DNA from: a virus
Length of the DNA stretch: 64,000 nt
Virus record (IMG/VR): IMGVR_UViG_3300045988_174937
Strand: one strand, 5' to 3'
A model generated the notes under the pieces. It made no database searches. It saw only the letters and a list, made by a program, of their open reading frames with translations, and had not been told where the DNA came from. Positions 58,112-64,000 of the stretch are shown piece after piece. Numbering within the stretch: position 1 is the stretch's first letter; each line of letters opens with the position of its first letter. The position numbers and the translations under genes are program-made.

Positions 58112-60187
58112 ATGGCCGAAAGGGACATAACAGTTAATATCAACGGTAACGGTTCTGGAGGTACTGGCGCACCTGCTACGCCTCCAGAACCGCCCACTAC
58201 GGGAGGTGGTGATGCGCGGTTGAGTGCGTCAGTTTCAGACCTCGTAAGCGAACTCCGCAGTGCGTTATCGCAGGGCGGCGGCCCGATGTTCGGCCAAAGC
58301 GGTTTCAAAGGTTATCTCGACGACGTTGGCCGCAGTATCGTTACCCAGCGGCAGGCTGAAATCCGAAATCGCTTCGACTTGGAGCGTGAGGTGAACAGCG
58401 GCCGTTACATGGATGAAGTGGCGAAACTCGACGCTGAACGTGAAGCGCGGGTCGGCCGCTATTCTTTTGCGCCCGACGGTACGCTGTTTAACCCCGAGGG
58501 GAAACCGCTGCCGTCCGGTAAAACTATCGCCCAGGACCTCGATGCGTGGTATAATCCACGCCTGCAGGCCATAGACCAGCAATACGGAGGAATTGACGAG
58601 CGTTTAGCTTCCGAGGAAACCAGTGAGCGGGCCGCGGTAGAACGCGAAATGGTGGACGCTCTACGGACCGTTGCGGAGGAATTGCGGAAGGAGTCACGTG
58701 AGAAGTCTTCCGGTGGTGAAGATTCTTACATAGGGCGGTTACGTCTTCAGCGAAAAGAACTCGTTGACGACATGGAACGTGCCGTCTCTGAAGATGACTA
58801 CATGGTGGCCCGTAAACGTTTACAGGAATTCGACCAACGTCAGTCGGCTGCCGGTAATGGCGATATCTTTGAAAACGTCACAAACGCCCGTCTTGCCACT
58901 TCCGGCGCCGGTATGATAACCTCAGCCGCCAGCGGAAATCTTACAGGGATGGGGATTGGTGCCGCTGGTTTAGGAGCCGCGGCTTTGGGTGTTCCGCTTG
59001 TAGGTATTATCGCCGGAGCGGTTATTGCCGCCATAGGACAGACTGTCATAGCTACCACAAACCGCATTGAGTCGATGGGCGATATCGCTTCGATTCGCGG
59101 TATTTGGGGCGGCAATACCGGCAACGCTGCTTTGCGTAACGCTACGGCCACTGTGATTAACGCTCGTACCCAGGGAGTCTATGGTGAAGAGATAACCCGT
59201 AAGCAACTGGGATTAGAAGACGCCGAGTTCATGCAACGGGCGTTGGCGCTTATGACTACATCCGGCGTGTTAGCCAACTGGGAGAACCGAACGTTCTACA
59301 GTTACGCAAACGAAAGCCAGTTCAATCTGCGTGAAGGCAGTATATCTCAGGCCTCTCGTTACGACCGCTACGGATTGGAATCCAATACTGCTATCGCCCG
59401 GTTGGCTTACGAATTGGAACGCCTCAACGATGAAGGCATCAATACAGGCATAGGCGGTGACTTGGGGTACATTCGCATGCAGGAACGCTTTGATATTCAA
59501 CAACAGTTGATGGGGCGTTACTATTCCGTGTACAACCGACCGAGTTACGAAGTCGCCAACGCAACCCAAGCGGCGTATTCGGCCGCTATGGACCCGCGCT
59601 TCATTCAGGATGGTCGCCTGGGGGATGTTATCGCTAAGTTAGATTCGGCGCTTGGAAATCCGAGTGGTGAGAATATGCAGGCTATTTCGTTTGACGCCTT
59701 GCGTACTTACGGAGCAGAATACGGGTTGGATAAGCTACCGAACCAGCTGTTGACCCACGTCCTCAGGAGCCCGCAGAGTTTCGGCCTCAGTGAGACGGAA
59801 CGAAATTCCATGATTATTCGCCGTATAGCGGACATGGCCAATGTACGTGAAGAAGACCGTGGAGATATGAGTGCGCTGATGGGGAATATGGCGTTCATGG
59901 ATATATTGAACCAGGTATTCCCCGGTATGAGTATCGAGGAGTTGGCCCAAACCATTCCAGGTCTCGCCACAGGCGAAACAACACGCCAGTATGCCCGCTC
60001 ACGCCAAACCATGCGCCAAGAGGCTACCGAATCACACTACCGAATGTCGCAGAACGTAAGCGATTACGCCGGGTTCCGCACGTCGCTTGGTAAACTCTTA
60101 ACCGCTACCGAAGAGTTCGCTACTCAGTTAGGTAGTACGCTGGCGAACTACAACATAGAAGAAAACGAGGTTCATCCAGGTGAGTAA
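58112..60187 (+). CDS. Tape measure protein
   Basis: 691 aa, positioned after the chaperones. Gly/Ala-rich hydrophobic block GMGIGAAGLGAAALGVPLVGIIAGAVIAAIG with helical flanks. Confidence 0.65.
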   Translation: MAERDITVNINGNGSGGTGAPATPPEPPTTGGGDARLSASVSDLVSELRSALSQGGGPMFGQSGFKGYLDDVGRSIVTQRQAEIRNRFDLEREVNSGRYMDEVAKLDAEREARVGRYSFAPDGTLFNPEGKPLPSGKTIAQDLDAWYNPRLQAIDQQYGGIDERLASEETSERAAVEREMVDALRTVAEELRKESREKSSGGEDSYIGRLRLQRKELVDDMERAVSEDDYMVARKRLQEFDQRQSAAGNGDIFENVTNARLATSGAGMITSAASGNLTGMGIGAAGLGAAALGVPLVGIIAGAVIAAIGQTVIATTNRIESMGDIASIRGIWGGNTGNAALRNATATVINARTQGVYGEEITRKQLGLEDAEFMQRALALMTTSGVLANWENRTFYSYANESQFNLREGSISQASRYDRYGLESNTAIARLAYELERLNDEGINTGIGGDLGYIRMQERFDIQQQLMGRYYSVYNRPSYEVANATQAAYSAAMDPRFIQDGRLGDVIAKLDSALGNPSGENMQAISFDALRTYGAEYGLDKLPNQLLTHVLRSPQSFGLSETERNSMIIRRIADMANVREEDRGDMSALMGNMAFMDILNQVFPGMSIEELAQTIPGLATGETTRQYARSRQTMRQEATESHYRMSQNVSDYAGFRTSLGKLLTATEEFATQLGSTLANYNIEENEVHPGE

Positions 60188-61482
60188 TGGTTAAAGTTAC
60201 AGGATACATCGACATCATCCACGACCAGAAGAGCGTGGTAACAATGAAGGACTTCATTGCCTTCTATCACATTGACGAGATAACCCCTGAAAAGTTATTC
60301 GACGATAATCGTGATAATATATTGGCGGCTATGTCGTTGGCTGATAAGTACACCTACATGTTCGAACACGGGTTGACCGGAGTTTTGGACACACTTACGG
60401 CCGATAAACTGGACCCTGAAATGGCGTTGCCCCGATTCGCCAAAATACGGGTTTATTACACCAACATTCGCCAGGAGAACGTCATCTACATCAGCAACGT
60501 AAAGGCCAAGATAACTAACTACGCCAAGTGGGCTGACGAGCAATTGCTGGCCATAACGGACTCAAACGGATTCCGGAGCGAGGGTAACGTCGTAACGAAG
60601 GAATATCGTAAGATGGCCCCTAACATTCGTGTGTGCGGATGGTTTAAGGCGTTAGAGTTCGCCAACAACGAACGCGAAGATGCTGCTAAGACATCGGCCT
60701 TGCGCGATATATCGCGCTTCATCGGTTCGATGTCCGTTAATACTACCAAAAACGGCGGCAACTTTACTTTCAGTGTGCCTCATGTGGCGATTGAAAATGC
60801 CGTAAAGAGCGACTACTACAGTACGCGCGGTAACTACGTTGTTGGAGCGGAAATAGAGGACAAATCGTATTACAAAACTACTTTTGCTGACGATTCTGAG
60901 CGGAACGAAGATGACTATTTTAACTGGCTTATTTCGCCAAACGATTTAATCTTCTTGCGCTTTGAAAAGACAGTTGAAGAAATCAACGACGACCTAAACA
61001 ACCGTACTGGAGAACCGCAACTCCGGGGCGACGTATGGGATATGATTGGGCTGGTAGATTCCGTATCAATATCGACCGACGCCCAGGGGGTATCATCGAA
61101 TGTTACGGTGAAAGGCCGGGATTTGATGAAACTACTGATTGACGACGGTTCGTTTTTCTTCCCTGTTGCCATGGACTTGGGAGCCCGTGAATTGTTCTCG
61201 AATACGTCAGGTATTTCCGTAACTGGCGGAGGTGACGGTCTGGGCGTTATAAATTGCAAGAACGCCGTCAACCGCCTTTTAGGACGAAACGTCAGTGGTG
61301 TTATATTACCTTTCATGGGTAATATGTACACGCTGGAATTTGTACTCAAAGAAGTCATCAACTGGCTGTCGAACATAGCCATAGTACCGGACTATATTTT
61401 CAACCCCTGGGAAGACGACCGTACTACGATGGTGGACATCGAACCGCCTGCCCCGGAAGACCCTAAAAAGAACGTGAAATGA
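60187..61482 (+). CDS. Distal tail / baseplate hub-region protein (by position)
   Basis: 431-aa ORF with a TAATG overlap with the tape measure gene. Confidence 0.5.
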   Translation: MVKVTGYIDIIHDQKSVVTMKDFIAFYHIDEITPEKLFDDNRDNILAAMSLADKYTYMFEHGLTGVLDTLTADKLDPEMALPRFAKIRVYYTNIRQENVIYISNVKAKITNYAKWADEQLLAITDSNGFRSEGNVVTKEYRKMAPNIRVCGWFKALEFANNEREDAAKTSALRDISRFIGSMSVNTTKNGGNFTFSVPHVAIENAVKSDYYSTRGNYVVGAEIEDKSYYKTTFADDSERNEDDYFNWLISPNDLIFLRFEKTVEEINDDLNNRTGEPQLRGDVWDMIGLVDSVSISTDAQGVSSNVTVKGRDLMKLLIDDGSFFFPVAMDLGARELFSNTSGISVTGGGDGLGVINCKNAVNRLLGRNVSGVILPFMGNMYTLEFVLKEVINWLSNIAIVPDYIFNPWEDDRTTMVDIEPPAPEDPKKNVK

Positions 61483-63365
61483 GTATCGGAACCGGACTTG
61501 TACGCAGAGCAGACCAAAAGAAGAACGAGTTCTGGGCCTTTAAGACCTGGGACCCCGAATGGTGTGTGTACGGTCAATCGCCGTCATCACCGCTTCAAAT
61601 AACATCCATTGTCGGCAACAGAACGTTATCCATCGACGGCAAGAAGACGCGAAAATTTCATCAAGGACTGGATATATCCATGCCCGTGGGAACCTACATC
61701 CGTGCACCGCAGTATTGCAAGTGTGTTCGTATAAGTCGTACCCCCGACGCACCGTCAGGAAACTACGTCTCGATAGTAATTCCAGCGTGGTGGTTTGGCG
61801 ATTCGGGTCCTTTTGGTCAATTTCACACCAATAACCTGTTCAATAACGCTCTTTACCGTAACGACTGGGCCGAACAGGCGATAGCTTCCTACGCTTACGC
61901 CACGGTGCGTTTTATGCACCTGAGTAGTATAGCCAACATCAACGAGGGCGAATGGTTAGAACCTGGTCAAATCATAGGCCGCTCGGGAAACACCGGGCGT
62001 TCTACAGGACCGCACCTTCATTTGGATTGCGCTGCGTTTGGCGATTGGCTTAACCCTGCGCAGATGATGAGCAAGTGTTATTTTTCGATATCAAAGAAAG
62101 AATATGCACCCGCCATCAACCCCTACGACCGACGTCGGTTTACTACCGATGTAGGTTCCAAGCCTGTGCCGAATTATCAGTGGATAGGAGACTTCCAGCG
62201 GTACAACAAAATCGACGTACCGTTTGACCCCAAGGATACAGAACCTATTGTACCTGAGGTAAAACTGGAAAACTTACAGGCAAGCCAACGCCTGGCGCCT
62301 GGCATATGGCAAATCGTCAAACTAATTATAGACGAAAACGTCGCCAACCGACAGGTCTTCGACGGTACTATCACCAATCAAACCGGGTCGCTGCTGAATT
62401 GGTTTAACAAGGTATGTCAGGAGCCGTTCGTTGAATTTATGGGCGAAACGTTTGGCGACCAGTATTACTTTATTGCTCGTCGCCCGCCGTTCGACCATTT
62501 AAGCGTACTTCGGGCGTATAACTACGCTATTGGCGGCAGTGGTTTGTATCACGTCGTGTCGAAAGAGCAGGTTGTCGAAACAAGTTTCACTCAAAGCGTG
62601 TCGAACGCCTATTCGTGGTATTATCTACGGCCGCGAGTTTCGTTCGGAGGCAACAGCAATACGACGTATTACATTCCTGCGGTGTTCTTTCCTGAAATGG
62701 CGGCGTTGTTTGGCTCCAGGGCTTGTCACGTTCAGAGTAACTACTACAACACCGTGAACGACGGCGAAGCCGATATCGACAACGCCAACGAAAAGATAAG
62801 CAAGGGTGCGCGGAGTAACTTTTCGCAGTCGTATCTGCAGATGATGCTCGATTTGAAATTCCTAATCGAAACGACCATATATCTGCCGTTCACGCGCCAG
62901 GGGACCATCACGCTGTACGGATACCGCCAAATTAAACGCGGTATGTGGATTCACTTTGCGCCGACGGACGAGATGTATTACGTTGACGCCGTGACGAACA
63001 CATTCCAGAGCGTCGGCAATCGGGTTTTCCGCTCCACCACGCTTCAGGTTTCACGGGGTATGAAAGTATCCCTGATTGATAAGCGGCGCCGACTGATAGC
63101 CGGAAGCACGAGCCTAACGGACAGAGGTGTTGAGGGCTTCGACTGGGAACGGGCTTCGTACCACGGGTATTTCGGCATTGTAGATTTTGGGGATATATCC
63201 GAGGGACATGACTATCCTGACAAGTGGGACGGCCTAATAGACGGCTCTACTACGTTCAACGAATGTATATCCGACATCAAGATTAACCAAATGGTGTTGA
63301 ACGAACTCTGTAAAAAGGTGGGATTTTTACCAAACGACACAAACAATGGAAACAAAGGAATTTAG
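61479..63365 (+). CDS. Baseplate/tail-tip protein with an N-terminal M23 (LytM-type) peptidase domain
   Basis: HQGLDISMPVGTYIRAP ... GNTGRSTGPHLHLD zinc-metallopeptidase M23 motifs. Confidence 0.7.
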   Translation: MSIGTGLVRRADQKKNEFWAFKTWDPEWCVYGQSPSSPLQITSIVGNRTLSIDGKKTRKFHQGLDISMPVGTYIRAPQYCKCVRISRTPDAPSGNYVSIVIPAWWFGDSGPFGQFHTNNLFNNALYRNDWAEQAIASYAYATVRFMHLSSIANINEGEWLEPGQIIGRSGNTGRSTGPHLHLDCAAFGDWLNPAQMMSKCYFSISKKEYAPAINPYDRRRFTTDVGSKPVPNYQWIGDFQRYNKIDVPFDPKDTEPIVPEVKLENLQASQRLAPGIWQIVKLIIDENVANRQVFDGTITNQTGSLLNWFNKVCQEPFVEFMGETFGDQYYFIARRPPFDHLSVLRAYNYAIGGSGLYHVVSKEQVVETSFTQSVSNAYSWYYLRPRVSFGGNSNTTYYIPAVFFPEMAALFGSRACHVQSNYYNTVNDGEADIDNANEKISKGARSNFSQSYLQMMLDLKFLIETTIYLPFTRQGTITLYGYRQIKRGMWIHFAPTDEMYYVDAVTNTFQSVGNRVFRSTTLQVSRGMKVSLIDKRRRLIAGSTSLTDRGVEGFDWERASYHGYFGIVDFGDISEGHDYPDKWDGLIDGSTTFNECISDIKINQMVLNELCKKVGFLPNDTNNGNKGI

Positions 63366-64000
63366 GCGTTCTTCAGCACCTTTTGGCGTACAAATGAACC
63401 GTGCCTATATGGGGTCCGGCGGCATTGGTTATATCGTCATACCTGAGGGAGGAGAGAACCGGGAACTGTACATACAGAACTGCATGAGGACCAACACGGT
63501 ATCTATCCAAGGCGGCCCTGGTCGTTCGATATACAACAACGTCCCCATCCCTCCGGCGGTTCTCGAAACGGTTGAATTCCCGATATCAATTGACGAGTTC
63601 GGAACCCCTATCGTTTGGATTCTCGACGAATATACCCAGTGGCCTATCGTCGTCAATTCGCTTGACCTACGAAAGTTTAACCAACAGCAGTACGGCCAGC
63701 GGACGATGCGTAAAGAGTCGAACGGCGTTATTGCCGAGGTCAAGACCGACGCTTCTCAGGGTATCATCGACATTTACGTGGACGGAACGGAGGATACTCC
63801 AGCGGAAATAAATATTCGCGTTCAGTCAGCGAACGTCGATTCAAAGGTAAATATTATCTCCGATTCTGACATCATCGTTTCTGGCGACAAAAACGTCGAA
63901 ATAACATCCGCAGCACGTATCACAGCTCATATTGTAAATGGAGTAGATACCGAGGCTGGAATCGAGGTAATTCTCCAGGATGACGAACTGCAATATACCA
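63346..64000 (+). CDS. Baseplate-region structural protein, 3' end beyond the window
   Basis: I translated this frame by hand from ATG 63346 (or 63394) to the window end with no stop. It is absent from the ORF track because it has no stop in the window. Confidence 0.55.
   Translation, partial: METKEFRRSSAPFGVQMNRAYMGSGGIGYIVIPEGGENRELYIQNCMRTNTVSIQGGPGRSIYNNVPIPPAVLETVEFPISIDEFGTPIVWILDEYTQWPIVVNSLDLRKFNQQQYGQRTMRKESNGVIAEVKTDASQGIIDIYVDGTEDTPAEINIRVQSANVDSKVNIISDSDIIVSGDKNVEITSAARITAHIVNGVDTEAGIEVILQDDELQYT

Noticed and set aside
1-64000. Lysogeny, defence or mobile-element content (integrase, repressor, transposase, toxin-antitoxin, homing endonuclease)
   Set aside because: I recognised no recombinase, HNH/LAGLIDADG, transposase or classic TA motifs in any of the + strand products. 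Their absence from this window says nothing about the rest of the genome.

Overview
The window is a dense, strictly unidirectional (+ strand) segment of a large tailed dsDNA phage with a contractile-tail structural module. I count about 90 CDS and one tRNA, and I find no credible minus-strand gene. Many genes are joined by ATGA or TAATG start/stop overlaps. Hand counts of sample lines give roughly 50-55% GC, with several clearly AT-richer islands.

The left ~28 kb holds early, replication and nucleotide-metabolism genes:
- RuvC-like resolvase (truncated at the window edge) and a sigma-factor-like gene
- UvrD-type helicase, HU-like protein, tRNA-Gln(UUG) and a DEDDh exonuclease
- large terminase, dUTPase, a ferritin-like protein, a DUF2786-like protein and a FEN/5'-3' exonuclease
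- a candidate aGPT-Pplase-like DNA-hypermodification enzyme

The right ~36 kb is the virion module:
- portal, fibre-like proteins, a putative lysis trio, repeat-rich internal proteins and a MuF-like minor head protein
- a low-GC radical-SAM/LmbE/GT4 cassette, an AAA+ ATPase and a kinase-like + ART-like polyvalent protein
- an M15-like peptidase and a mosaic tail fibre
- prohead protease/scaffold, major capsid, sheath, tube, chaperones, tape measure and an M23 baseplate protein

The regulatory signals (TTTG-19 nt-TAnnTTTG promoters, A-rich starts without Shine-Dalgarno sequences) point to a Bacteroidota host.

The items most worth follow-up are:
- the enzymatic cassette inside the head module and the possible DNA-hypermodification link
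- the kinase+ART effector
- a 0.5-kb gene-free hub of iterons and unusual-structure DNA
- a four-copy promoter cassette
- a structured non-coding island around the tRNA
- a C8 tract that splits one apparent gene

All functional calls rest on motif reading by eye. No database search was run.
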